Shown piece by piece: positions 37,968 through 48,323 of a stretch of 50,437 nt of DNA. The position numbers and the translations under genes were made by a program. A model generated the notes under the pieces. The model was not told the origin of the DNA and searched no databases. It was given only the letters and a program-made list of their open reading frames with translations. Source of the stretch: a virus. Taxonomy: Duplodnaviria; Caudoviricetes. Position 1 is the first letter of the stretch. Every line of letters begins with the position of its first letter. The stretch spans positions 1 to 50,437 of IMG/VR virus record IMGVR_UViG_3300012953_000045; one strand, 5' to 3'.

Positions 37968-38943
37968 TGAATTTGACATAGTTTTCATTAGCTATGACGA
38001 ACCAAACGCAGAACAAAATTATGCAGACTTACTGGATAAATGTCCTTGGGCAAAACGCAGTCACGGAGTATGGGGTAGCGATGCCGCACACAAAGCGGCG
38101 GCGGCTCTTAGCGAAACAGAAAGATTTATTACAATAGATGCTGATAATATTGTAAGAGAAGACTTTTTTAACAATGAACTTGATATGAGTAGAATAAGAG
38201 GCAGTGACGTTATAAGTTGGGCAGGAAAAAATGCAATCAATGGTTTGGTGTATGGCAATGGTGGTATTAAATGCTGGCCCGTTGATCTTGTGAATAGAAT
38301 GCGAACACACGAAGCGGCTCCAGAAAGCGATAAAGCGGCACAGGTAGATTTCTGTTGGAATATAAATTATATACAAATGAATAATGTATACTGTGATGTA
38401 ATGAATAACGGTAGTCCGCTACAGGCTTGGAGAGCAGGTTTCCGTGAAGGTGTTAAAATGGGATTGGAAGGTGGAGATGTTGTAGAACCTAACCGACTTA
38501 AAAAGATACACAGAGAAAATTATCGTAGATTGCTTGTTTGGATGACAGTCGGTGAAGATTCCACCAACGGACTTTGGGCTAATTATGGAGCAAGACTAGG
38601 CTGTCATATGACCAACGTTGAAAGACATGATTGGGATTGGCGTAATGTCAGAGACTTTGATTGGCTCACTAAATTCTTTGAGGAAGAACTATTCCCACAG
38701 TTTGAAGGTGGTGATCAATTATGTGTAAATACTGGAGTAACCTGGGATTGGAATAAAGTTAAATCTAAAACTGTAGAACTCGGAGTTGAACTTCGAAGTG
38801 AATTAGATTTAGAAATTTGTGACATGGACTGGATTGGAAGTAGATTTTTCAAAACAGTTTATAAAAATCCACATCGATTAGGCGCTATGATTAGAGAAGA
38901 TCAAGTCATGGACGATATCGGGGTCGAAGATGGAGACGAGTAA
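37951..38943 (+). CDS. Glycosyltransferase-like protein (GT2-like)
   Basis: DIVFISYDEPNA, FITIDADN (DxD), N.INGLVYGNGG, QAWRAGFRE; likely start ATG 37951 after a GGAG RBS. Confidence 0.65.
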   Translation: MLTPINEFDIVFISYDEPNAEQNYADLLDKCPWAKRSHGVWGSDAAHKAAAALSETERFITIDADNIVREDFFNNELDMSRIRGSDVISWAGKNAINGLVYGNGGIKCWPVDLVNRMRTHEAAPESDKAAQVDFCWNINYIQMNNVYCDVMNNGSPLQAWRAGFREGVKMGLEGGDVVEPNRLKKIHRENYRRLLVWMTVGEDSTNGLWANYGARLGCHMTNVERHDWDWRNVRDFDWLTKFFEEELFPQFEGGDQLCVNTGVTWDWNKVKSKTVELGVELRSELDLEICDMDWIGSRFFKTVYKNPHRLGAMIREDQVMDDIGVEDGDE

Positions 38944-38945
38944 GT

Positions 38946-39974
38946 ATGGGATTAGGTCCACAGAACTTTTACAATAGGCTGGACCATCATCACCCGGAAT
39001 GTAAAGATTGGGTAGTAGTAAATTGGAACTTAGGTAACATGTGTAATTTTACATGTAGTTACTGCCCAAGTATATTGAATGACGGTAGTTTTGGTTGGAA
39101 TGATTGGGACGTTGTAAAAGAATTTATTGATAGTGTTGTATCACATTATAGCCCTAAAAAAGTTTACTTTGAATTCACAGGAGGTGAAGTTACGCTATGG
39201 CGTGACTTTATCAAATGTGCTGAATACATCAAAGAAATAGGACATGACATAGGATTTATCAGTAACGGTAGTAGAACAATCAGATGGTGGGAAAAGAATA
39301 AACATATATTTGATCATGTGTGTTTAAGTTTTCATCCTGAAGAAGGTAAAGAAGATCACTATGTAGAAGTAGTAAAAATAATGAGTCAGCAATGTAGAAC
39401 ACATTGTAATATTATGATGCATTATGATCCTAAGATTTGGCCTCGTTGTAAGAAGACAGCAGAAGCAGTAATTTCCATTAAAAATATTAGTTTAGCATTA
39501 CAACCATTGATTGTTGACTTTGGAGAAACATTGTATGAATACTCAAAAACACAAACTGATTATATAGATAGACAATGGCAAAACCTCGGTAGTAAGATCA
39601 AACACGATAAAAAGTGGAAAATTTACAGAGGCAGTATGGATATGCATGATGATGTAAACAAGTTACGTCATAACAGTAGTGCTCATAGATTTATAAATGA
39701 CAAGACTAACAACTGGAGAGGTTGGTTGTGCTGGAGTGGAATAGAACAAATTGTTGTTGATTTTGACGGAAGTGTAATGATAGGTTGGTGTCGTGTAGGC
39801 GGAGCGTTGGGTAATATGAAAATGCCTGAATACATTAGATGGCCTACAAAACCTATTATGTGTAGTAAATCAATGTGTCACTGTAACTTTGATATAATGA
39901 GTAAAAAATTATTACCTAGGAACAAATACGTGGTTGAGGAAGAAGATAATGAGTCAGAGCCAGCTACCACATAA
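38946..39974 (+). CDS. Radical SAM protein with C-terminal Cys-rich (SPASM/twitch-like) domain
   Basis: CNFTCSYC, TGGEVT, SNGSR; C-terminal C.SG.....DG....WC...C....C.C. Confidence 0.9.
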   Translation: MGLGPQNFYNRLDHHHPECKDWVVVNWNLGNMCNFTCSYCPSILNDGSFGWNDWDVVKEFIDSVVSHYSPKKVYFEFTGGEVTLWRDFIKCAEYIKEIGHDIGFISNGSRTIRWWEKNKHIFDHVCLSFHPEEGKEDHYVEVVKIMSQQCRTHCNIMMHYDPKIWPRCKKTAEAVISIKNISLALQPLIVDFGETLYEYSKTQTDYIDRQWQNLGSKIKHDKKWKIYRGSMDMHDDVNKLRHNSSAHRFINDKTNNWRGWLCWSGIEQIVVDFDGSVMIGWCRVGGALGNMKMPEYIRWPTKPIMCSKSMCHCNFDIMSKKLLPRNKYVVEEEDNESEPATT

Positions 39975-41322
39975 TCAAAACACTTTTTGTGTAAAACCTT
40001 TTCTTAACAGTTCAATCACCAGTAATGGTATGTACAGGGTTTGTTGTGAGTGTGTGTTTGGTAAAAAAACTGGCCCGGAACATAACTTTGGAAAACTTGT
40101 AAAAACCACAGGAGAAATATACACTGCAAGTAATAGCACAATAGACGAAACTAGAAACGCTCCTTTGATGAAAGAGGTAAGAGCTAGTATGCTCAAAGGT
40201 GAACAACATCCTGAATGTAAACAATGTTGGGAAACAGAAAAGCTAGGTCAATATAGTTTAAGACAATACATGAATAGATTTTATTCAAAAGATATTATAA
40301 AAAATTGCAAAGAAAATACACAAAGTGACGGTACTATAGATATTGCAGAAGTTCCATTAAAATACTTTGATATAAGATTAGGCAACAAATGTAATCAAAA
40401 ATGTAGAATGTGTGGACCTGGTGATAGTAGCCTTTGGCTAGACGACTGGGTAAAAATGGGTAATACTAAGATAAACTTTTATGATGATGAGTACGCAATA
40501 AAAAAAGATGGCAATAAATTCTCTAGTATGATTGGCGATTGGAACAAAGAACCTTTTGTTAAACAAATGATGGAGAAAATGCACACTATTGATAGAATCT
40601 ACATGACTGGTGGAGAACCAACAGTTATCAAAGAATATTGGGCAATACTTCAATATGCAATCGATAATGATTGTGCAAAGAATATCAATCTAGAATATAA
40701 CAGTAACATGTTCGTAATTCCAAGAAACGCTTGGGATATATGGAGCAAGTTTAAAAGTGTAAAAATGACAATGAGTATTGACGGGTTAGAAAATGTACAA
40801 GATTATATACGTTTTCCTAGCAAGTGGCCGGTTATAGAAGCAAACGTTAGAAAGTTTTACGAGCTTACCAAAAAGCATCCAAATATTAGTGCCACAATCG
40901 CACCCACAATAACAATTTACAATGTGATGCAAATGCCAGATATGATAAAATGGTATACTGAAAATAATTTTGAAACATTTGATCCAGTAATGGCTTTGCA
41001 CATATGTCATGGTCCAAGATTTTTAACTGCACAAAATTATCCAAAAGCACACAAGCATAAAGTTGTTGACAAGTATAACGAAATGTTTAAATGGGCCAAT
41101 GATAATTTAGATCAAGGACTAGCCGAACACATTATTACAAAATATCAAGGTGTAGTAGATTTTGTATTAGCAAATGATATTGAAAATGAAACTACATGGA
41201 GTGGAAATCAAACCAACAGTCACAGTTTCATACATCATACTGAAAGATTAGACAGCATTAGAAGTCAAAGTTTAGCAACTAGTATTCCTGATTTAGCCGA
41301 AGCGATACAAGATTATGAATAA
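39949..41322 (+). CDS. Radical SAM protein with N-terminal twitch/SPASM-like domain
   Basis: FCVKPF...CC...ECKQCW, then CNQKCRMC and TGGEP. Confidence 0.9.
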   Translation: MSQSQLPHNQNTFCVKPFLNSSITSNGMYRVCCECVFGKKTGPEHNFGKLVKTTGEIYTASNSTIDETRNAPLMKEVRASMLKGEQHPECKQCWETEKLGQYSLRQYMNRFYSKDIIKNCKENTQSDGTIDIAEVPLKYFDIRLGNKCNQKCRMCGPGDSSLWLDDWVKMGNTKINFYDDEYAIKKDGNKFSSMIGDWNKEPFVKQMMEKMHTIDRIYMTGGEPTVIKEYWAILQYAIDNDCAKNINLEYNSNMFVIPRNAWDIWSKFKSVKMTMSIDGLENVQDYIRFPSKWPVIEANVRKFYELTKKHPNISATIAPTITIYNVMQMPDMIKWYTENNFETFDPVMALHICHGPRFLTAQNYPKAHKHKVVDKYNEMFKWANDNLDQGLAEHIITKYQGVVDFVLANDIENETTWSGNQTNSHSFIHHTERLDSIRSQSLATSIPDLAEAIQDYE

Positions 41323-42850
41323 TTATCAAAATGCATTATGCACACACAGATGGGGGTATAGTGTGATTGATTTTGGAAAGAATCAAGCAAGGACTTGTTG
41401 TCGAACCAAACTCAATACAGAAGATGTTAACCAACTTGCAGAACTAAAAGATGATTACTTTCTCAACACAAAGTACCAGCTTGAGCGTAGATTGGAAATG
41501 CTTAAAGGCATTAGACACAAGAGTTGTGAAACATGCTGGTTATTGGAAGATCAAAATTTTCAAAGTCCAAGAAGATACGGACTACCCAGTCCTTGGAAAG
41601 TAAAAGACAACAAAGTAATTAATCTCAAAACAAACGAAGAAACAGCAATACAAGATATAACCATTGAACATCCTGTTCTGCGTAGTATAAAACCATACAT
41701 GATAGAAGTTAATCTAAGCAATCATTGTGACATGAGTTGTTTGTATTGTAGTCCAATGTTTAGCAGTACATGGGCTAGTGCAAATACAGATCTTTGGGCA
41801 AAGGCAACCAATCCAGACTGGAATTTTGGAGATGAGGAACACAAAAAACTAAAACTAGAAGTTAATGATCAAAACCTAGAAGACTTTAACAGTGCTTTTT
41901 GGGACTGGTTTAAAAATATTTTTGATGTTAATAAAAACGAATATCCCGGAGATAATCATTTACGTTTGGGCATACTAGGTGGCGAACCTGTAAACAATCC
42001 AAGATTGCCTAAGTTTATTGACAACCTATGTGATTTAATCGAAAGTATTCCTTTTGAAGAGAGACCACACAGTGGTTATTGGGACAATGAAAACAGAAAG
42101 CCACATCATCCTGGAAAACCTTTGATATGGTTTGTAACAAACGGAAATACAAGAGACTCACACTTTAAAAAATTTATAGACAGACTGCCTAGATTGTGTG
42201 AATTGTTCACCGTTGAGATAAGCCTAAGTATTGAATCTTATCAACAACGTGCTGAATATATTAGAATGAATTTGGTATGGGATAGATTTGAAAGCAATGT
42301 AAGAAAATATTTGGAACTTGATTTACCTCTACAGGTAGGATTTCAAACTAGTATTAACAATCTATGTCTGAGTAGCATGCCTGATTTTTTACGTTGGGTA
42401 GTTGAATTATACGATACTTACAATAAACCTATATTTTTAAAACCAAACGTAGTTAATGATCCAGACCATTACAGAATAGAGATGCTTCCAGAAAGTTATA
42501 CACAGTACATATTAGAATGTATAGAGATATTGAAGTCAAGAAATCCACAAGGTATTAGTGATCCAAATGGCACTTGGTCCAGCTACAGTAAGTTTATAGC
42601 AACACTCAGATGCAATCAAAATGGTAACTGGAGGCAGTATGAAAAACTCAGAGATTTTATCAGCGGAATAGATAAACGTAGAAATTTAGATGTTAGAGAT
42701 GTGTTTCCTGAAATGTGGGAATTTTGGAATATAATACAAGGTATCACACCCGAAGAATGGGAGCAGATAAAACAAGCACAGGATCAAGGTTTTGATTTAG
42801 ATGAAGAAGTAGATGACTATGCAATAGAGCAAGGATACTATGTCAGATAA
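41315..42850 (+). CDS. Radical SAM protein with N-terminal twitch/SPASM-like domain
   Basis: LC..RW...CC...SCETCW, then CDMSCLYC, LGGEP and TNG. Confidence 0.9.
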   Translation: MNNYQNALCTHRWGYSVIDFGKNQARTCCRTKLNTEDVNQLAELKDDYFLNTKYQLERRLEMLKGIRHKSCETCWLLEDQNFQSPRRYGLPSPWKVKDNKVINLKTNEETAIQDITIEHPVLRSIKPYMIEVNLSNHCDMSCLYCSPMFSSTWASANTDLWAKATNPDWNFGDEEHKKLKLEVNDQNLEDFNSAFWDWFKNIFDVNKNEYPGDNHLRLGILGGEPVNNPRLPKFIDNLCDLIESIPFEERPHSGYWDNENRKPHHPGKPLIWFVTNGNTRDSHFKKFIDRLPRLCELFTVEISLSIESYQQRAEYIRMNLVWDRFESNVRKYLELDLPLQVGFQTSINNLCLSSMPDFLRWVVELYDTYNKPIFLKPNVVNDPDHYRIEMLPESYTQYILECIEILKSRNPQGISDPNGTWSSYSKFIATLRCNQNGNWRQYEKLRDFISGIDKRRNLDVRDVFPEMWEFWNIIQGITPEEWEQIKQAQDQGFDLDEEVDDYAIEQGYYVR

Positions 42851-43988
42851 CGATTATACAGTAGGTAGACCAGTTCGTGTTTATGACCAAGAAGGATACT
42901 TCAGTGATCTAAGCACAGAAGAAGTTGTATCAAAACGCATTAACAATTTCTCAGGCTGGAAATGTGCCGCTGGTGTTGAAAACATTAATATAGATTTTGA
43001 TGGATATGTTCAGCTTGCAAGTTGTGGAATAGCAACTAGGATTGGTACCACTTATACTGGAACACTAGGTAATGTATATGATGGTTATCTTATCTCTCAG
43101 AAAAATTGGATTAATTGTAACATTCAGGCTTGCAGTTGTGGATCGGATATGTTTATTCCAAAATTTGATCCTAAGAGAAGCAGTGAAGAATATCTCCGAA
43201 AGTTTCTCCAAAAGCCACCGCAGAAAGACAAATACCTAGGACACAATTCAATAGGTAACAATACCAGTAGTGCAGTAGAACGAACGCATCTAACAGAATA
43301 CAAGCAGGTATTTTGGGAAATGGGTAGACGTTGTAATTTTAATTGTAGCTACTGTCCTGCAGATGTACACAATAACACAGAAAAAAGAAAGAGTTGGGAT
43401 CAACTTTTTGATGCATATCAATTAATCAAAGACAAGTTTCTATTAGGATCAAAGGCAAATTTTGTCGTAAGTGGTGGAGAACCTACTGTACATAAAAATT
43501 ACATTGAATTTGCTCAAATGGTATACAATGACGGACACAAACTTAGTACGCACAGTAATGGAAGTAGATTACCCAAATACTATAGAGAACTAATACACTA
43601 CAGTGATTTAAACATAAGCATACATTTTGAATACATTGACAGATACGAAGAAAAAATATCTAACATAATTGATGGAATATGTCAAGAAAAATATGAAAGA
43701 GATCTAGATGGATTACATCGAGGTCACATGGAAGTTTATTTTATGGTTATGCCAGGACGTATGGAAGAAGCTATTGCTTTGGAAAAAGATATTATACAAA
43801 CATGTCCAGAGTTTTTAAACTATTGTACGCATACTTTTATGCCCTTGCGTACAAACGAAATCATTGAACAGGTCAAACTTGGTGTTAAAAAAGATAGACA
43901 AGGCAATACACTTTTAACTGACTATACCAGTGATGAAATGAATGAGATGGGCAGTAGGACAGAAAAGTGTAAAAATGAGTACCAGTAA
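42840..43988 (+). CDS. Radical SAM protein with N-terminal Cys-rich domain
   Basis: GWKCAAG...DG....SC...C..QACSC, then CNFNCSYC, SGGEPT and SNGSR. Confidence 0.9.
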   Translation: MSDNDYTVGRPVRVYDQEGYFSDLSTEEVVSKRINNFSGWKCAAGVENINIDFDGYVQLASCGIATRIGTTYTGTLGNVYDGYLISQKNWINCNIQACSCGSDMFIPKFDPKRSSEEYLRKFLQKPPQKDKYLGHNSIGNNTSSAVERTHLTEYKQVFWEMGRRCNFNCSYCPADVHNNTEKRKSWDQLFDAYQLIKDKFLLGSKANFVVSGGEPTVHKNYIEFAQMVYNDGHKLSTHSNGSRLPKYYRELIHYSDLNISIHFEYIDRYEEKISNIIDGICQEKYERDLDGLHRGHMEVYFMVMPGRMEEAIALEKDIIQTCPEFLNYCTHTFMPLRTNEIIEQVKLGVKKDRQGNTLLTDYTSDEMNEMGSRTEKCKNEYQ

Positions 43989-45201
43989 CTTTTGCAGTCT
44001 ACCATGGACACAAATTGAAATACAAACTGATGGCACTTACAGAGCCTGTTGTAGACAAGTGGGCAAACAATATCATAACAAAGGTGAAGAAGTACTAAAG
44101 TTTCCTCAAGCAGGATTTAAAGAAGCATGGGCCAGTGATAGTTTACAAGAACTGAGGCAAAAGTTTTTGAACAATGAAAGACCAAGCGAATGTGCAAATT
44201 GCTGGAAAGAAGAAGCGGCTGGTATTGAAAGTCTAAGATTGAATATGAGCAAGACACTAGAAGATGCACAGCTTGCTGATCCACGTCCTGAATTGCTTGA
44301 CCTTAAACTAGGAAGTCATTGCAACATCAAATGTCGTATATGTAATCCATTTGTAAGCAGTCAATGGACTACAGAAGCACACAAAGAAAACAGTAAGCAG
44401 TGGAACTTTTTTGATAAAAGTTTTGTACAACACAAACGCAATGATAGTGTAATTACTGGCAACAAACAAACGCTAGACGAATGGTTGCCCAACATTAAAC
44501 AAATTTGTGTTTACGGTGGCGAAACTTTTATGATACCGCCTTTTTTTGAACTGCTAGATATGTGTGTAGAAAGTGGTCATGCTGAACATATCGAATTGAT
44601 ATTCAATACCAATGGAACTTATTACAAACCTGAAGTCGCAGAAAAACTTAATAAATTTAAAATGGTGTTGTTTCACTGGAGTATAGACGATATAGATGAA
44701 CGTTTTAATTATCAAAGACATCCAGCAAAGTTTGATCAAGTGGTTGAACATGTTAAACTATGGAACAATACAATTGACAGAGATATAATAAAAAACAAAA
44801 TTTGGTGTACAGTAAGTTTACTTAATATTGCTTACATGCCTGAACTTGCAGATTACTGGGATCGCAATCTACGACAGTATATCGAGCTTTTAGATTTTGG
44901 TTACTGTCATGATCCTTTGTACTATAATATGAAAATACTTCCTAATCATACCAAAGATTGGATTAGCAATAAACTTGCAAGTGCTAGAAGTATAGATATA
45001 GGAGATTGGCAATATGCAACAGATAAAAGTTGTAGGACTAATCTGGATCACTTTGAGAAAATGACAACATTTATGAACAGTGAAGATATTCACGAAAAAC
45101 ATTGGCAAGACTTTCTAGAAGAGTGCGGAAGAGCCGATAAATATCGTAAAGAAGACTTTGCTAGCACTTTCTCAGAGTTAAACAGAAGTATAAATGGTTG
45201 A
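43975..45201 (+). CDS. Radical SAM protein with N-terminal twitch/SPASM-like domain
   Basis: FCSLPW...CC...ECANCW, then CNIKCRIC, YGGET and NTNGT. Confidence 0.9.
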   Translation: MSTSNFCSLPWTQIEIQTDGTYRACCRQVGKQYHNKGEEVLKFPQAGFKEAWASDSLQELRQKFLNNERPSECANCWKEEAAGIESLRLNMSKTLEDAQLADPRPELLDLKLGSHCNIKCRICNPFVSSQWTTEAHKENSKQWNFFDKSFVQHKRNDSVITGNKQTLDEWLPNIKQICVYGGETFMIPPFFELLDMCVESGHAEHIELIFNTNGTYYKPEVAEKLNKFKMVLFHWSIDDIDERFNYQRHPAKFDQVVEHVKLWNNTIDRDIIKNKIWCTVSLLNIAYMPELADYWDRNLRQYIELLDFGYCHDPLYYNMKILPNHTKDWISNKLASARSIDIGDWQYATDKSCRTNLDHFEKMTTFMNSEDIHEKHWQDFLEECGRADKYRKEDFASTFSELNRSING

Positions 45202-46705
45202 TATTTTATTATGCAGTGTACCATTGATGGACATCGAAATGCCTGCTCCGGCACCCTTTCATCTGAAAGGTCAACTGAGCAACAGCGGTGTTGTGGCAGA
45301 AGCAGTAGATACCAATATTATATTTTTCAACAGAGTCAGTGAAGAATGGGACGATGTTATTGCGGCATTGTTAAGTAAATCTGAAAATAATTCACTTGAA
45401 GAAGAGGAACACATATTTGTTTTAATTAAAAAAGAGCTTGAAAAAGTATTTGATGAACAAATAGAATTGCATCAACCTACATGGATAGGACTCAGCTGTT
45501 TTACTAAAGTGAGCCGATGGTGTACTCAAATGCTTTGTCACTATATCAAAAAAAATTACCCGGATATTAAAATTATACTAGGGGGTGCCGGACTAGGTCT
45601 TACCCTAGGAGATTACAAAGATCCATTTGCATCAGATTTAAAGCAACAAGGGTTGTGTGATGAATATATAATGGGTGAAGGTGAAATAAGTCTGAGAAAG
45701 TTTTTTGAAAAAACAAAATATCCTGGAATAGGCAGTCAGCCTGTACAAATTATGGATCTAAATGATGTAAAGTGGTCAGACTATAGCAGTGTAGATTGGA
45801 ATTATTATCCACTCAAAAGCAATACTGGAAGAGGATCTACACTTGGTAGCATTGAAAATAAACATTATGTCTTGACAGGAAGCAGAGGTTGTGTTAGAAA
45901 GTGTGACTTCTGTGATGTTTACAAGATGTGGCCCAAGTATAGAAGTAGACGTGGTGAAGATATAGCAGAGGAAATGACTCATCACTATAGTCAAAGCGGA
46001 GTAAGACATTTTTATTTCAGCGACAGTTTAATAAACGGAAGTATGCGAGACTTTAGATCTTTAAGTAAAACACTGTTGAACAGTAAAGAACAAGGCACAC
46101 TTGCAGAGGACATATATTGGGGTGGACAATTCATAGCAAGAACCAGCGAGCAAATGAGTTTGGAAGATTTACAACAAGCAAAACTTTCTGGTTTTGTACA
46201 TTGTAGTATTGGATTAGAACATGCTAGTGAACGTATAAGAGATTTTATGAATAAGAAAACTCCAGATAAAGCAGTATGGGACACTGTTGATAATCTAGCA
46301 AATGCAAACATTGTTACAGCATACAATTTTATTATAGGACACCCAAGAGAAACAGAAGAGGATCTACAGCGTATTGTACAATGGTTACATGATTTTAAAT
46401 GGGCCAGCGATGCAGGACATATTGAAAAAATTAATCTACAAACAGGTATATACTTTTTAGAAGGTACAGACTTCTTTGAGAAAAAAGATGACCTTGTTGA
46501 TTTTCAATTTGGTAGTGAAGAATTTTGGGTAAGTAAACATGTACCTAATCTAGACTTCAATGAAATATACAGAAGAAGAATGTATATAAGTGAAGTTGCT
46601 GAAGGTTTAGGATATAGATTACACGATGAAGCAAGTCTGAAAAATTTTATGAATAGAAAATTAAACAGGTACAAAGAATATGCAAATACTAATCACAATC
46701 AATGA
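45194..46705 (+). CDS. Cobalamin-binding (class B-like) radical SAM enzyme
   Basis: N-terminal B12-binding pattern (WIGLS.F, IILGG, GEGE), then GSRGCVRKCDFC, F.DS..NG, IGLE..S and IIGHP.ET.ED. Confidence 0.88.
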   Translation: MVDILLCSVPLMDIEMPAPAPFHLKGQLSNSGVVAEAVDTNIIFFNRVSEEWDDVIAALLSKSENNSLEEEEHIFVLIKKELEKVFDEQIELHQPTWIGLSCFTKVSRWCTQMLCHYIKKNYPDIKIILGGAGLGLTLGDYKDPFASDLKQQGLCDEYIMGEGEISLRKFFEKTKYPGIGSQPVQIMDLNDVKWSDYSSVDWNYYPLKSNTGRGSTLGSIENKHYVLTGSRGCVRKCDFCDVYKMWPKYRSRRGEDIAEEMTHHYSQSGVRHFYFSDSLINGSMRDFRSLSKTLLNSKEQGTLAEDIYWGGQFIARTSEQMSLEDLQQAKLSGFVHCSIGLEHASERIRDFMNKKTPDKAVWDTVDNLANANIVTAYNFIIGHPRETEEDLQRIVQWLHDFKWASDAGHIEKINLQTGIYFLEGTDFFEKKDDLVDFQFGSEEFWVSKHVPNLDFNEIYRRRMYISEVAEGLGYRLHDEASLKNFMNRKLNRYKEYANTNHNQ

Positions 46706-47267
46706 TATAAGTGATTTTCCGAAATTATTGACAAATGAACATATTCAAAAACACAACTTTGCTGTGGTTCTTGACAAAAGAATAAAACTTGCATATAGAG
46801 ATTGGCAGTACCAAAACTATAGTGCTATTAAAGAAAGATTCCAAACCCCAGTATATGTGTATGACTATTTAGACTATTCGGATATAGGCGCTTGTGCAAG
46901 TTATCGTAAAGCATTCTATTATTTCCAAGTATTTGAAAAATTTGATCTATGGAAGCCTGTTGTAATAACAAGAATAGATTATGTAAAACATGCAAATTTA
47001 CTTGCTAAAAAAGTTGAATGGAGAGGAACTGTACACGACGGCATTTTATTGGATAATGATTTGGCTGTTTCTTTCTATTGGTATATGGCAATGAGATTTT
47101 GTCATGCAGTTGAAGACAGAGATAAAAAACAAATAATGAAATACAATCAACTACAATTACTACAAGCACTTGCTCGAGGAGAGCATGATGAATTAGATCC
47201 TATGGATTATGCTTTGGTTGATTTAGAAACGGAGGAAGTATCGTCAGGTATGAGGGTACTAAAATAA
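46680..47267 (+). CDS. Hypothetical protein
   Basis: 195-aa ORF in the operon; no motif recognised. Confidence 0.6.
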   Translation: MQILITINDISDFPKLLTNEHIQKHNFAVVLDKRIKLAYRDWQYQNYSAIKERFQTPVYVYDYLDYSDIGACASYRKAFYYFQVFEKFDLWKPVVITRIDYVKHANLLAKKVEWRGTVHDGILLDNDLAVSFYWYMAMRFCHAVEDRDKKQIMKYNQLQLLQALARGEHDELDPMDYALVDLETEEVSSGMRVLK

Positions 47268-47270
47268 AAA

Positions 47271-48323
47271 ATGACAACACACTTAAAAATGATATGGCCC
47301 AATCACCTTGTAGTGATAGAACTATGTAAAACTCCTGTTGTAGAGTTGTGGAAACAATGTATACAGGATGTGATTGATAAACAGATACCTACTTTAGTAA
47401 AAGTTGCTGGTACCCCGTTTTATCACGGATACGAACGTTACCCAAAATACGAGTTGCAGACAAAAGCAGTTGAAGAGATAAACAAAGCTATTGAAGATGT
47501 TAATCGAATAGTAGGTGATGGAAGAAAATTTCCCTATCATGCATACGAAGACATGCCTTGGGAACATACAAATCTTATGCATAGATGTTTTACAACAGGA
47601 GAATATAGCCAATGCTGTTGGCAACTGGGGTTAACAAAAGCACTCAAAGCACAAGCCAAAACTGTTGCTGACTTGCATATGCCAGAGTGGATAATGAGTA
47701 TAGCTCCACGACATTTTGATGTTAGCCATTGTTTTGCAGAATTCTCAAGTGCAAATGCTAGAATCAACAAGTGGATACATAGATACGAAGATGATAGAAT
47801 GAGTCAAAGAGCTATGGATATTAAACACTCAATGATAGCAACTCATGGTAAAGACATAGAATCAATTAGTGCAGAGTTAGATGTATTTGAACCAGACGGT
47901 AGAAAATGGTATAACTTTGATATGCAAGCAGACATCCGCACTATCGAAAACAGTTTTCCGGACAACACAGAAGAGTGCAATGTAAGACTTATGAAAAGTA
48001 TAACTGGAAAAGATTATTTTCAATGTTATCAAGAATACGATGATCCATGTGAATGGGATATTCAAAGCGTAGGCAAGATCAAAGGAGGATTAACATATTA
48101 TCCTAATCATGAACTTAATCACATATTGTATAATAGTGATTTTCAGTCATGGTATAAAAGTTATGGACTAACAGCTGAACAAGTTGAAGCGCCTCCTTTA
48201 GGAAAAATTGTTGAAGATACAGTTGATTACAATACCTGTAAAGGACATCCAACAGATGTATATACAGACGGATCACAAGCCGTAGTTGAAGAGTATAGAC
48301 AGATGAGATATGAGTTGGTGTAA
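47271..48323 (+). CDS. Hypothetical protein
   Basis: 350-aa ORF; N.MHR.F, INK.IH.YE and GKD......DD motifs of unknown function. Confidence 0.65.
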   Translation: MTTHLKMIWPNHLVVIELCKTPVVELWKQCIQDVIDKQIPTLVKVAGTPFYHGYERYPKYELQTKAVEEINKAIEDVNRIVGDGRKFPYHAYEDMPWEHTNLMHRCFTTGEYSQCCWQLGLTKALKAQAKTVADLHMPEWIMSIAPRHFDVSHCFAEFSSANARINKWIHRYEDDRMSQRAMDIKHSMIATHGKDIESISAELDVFEPDGRKWYNFDMQADIRTIENSFPDNTEECNVRLMKSITGKDYFQCYQEYDDPCEWDIQSVGKIKGGLTYYPNHELNHILYNSDFQSWYKSYGLTAEQVEAPPLGKIVEDTVDYNTCKGHPTDVYTDGSQAVVEEYRQMRYELV

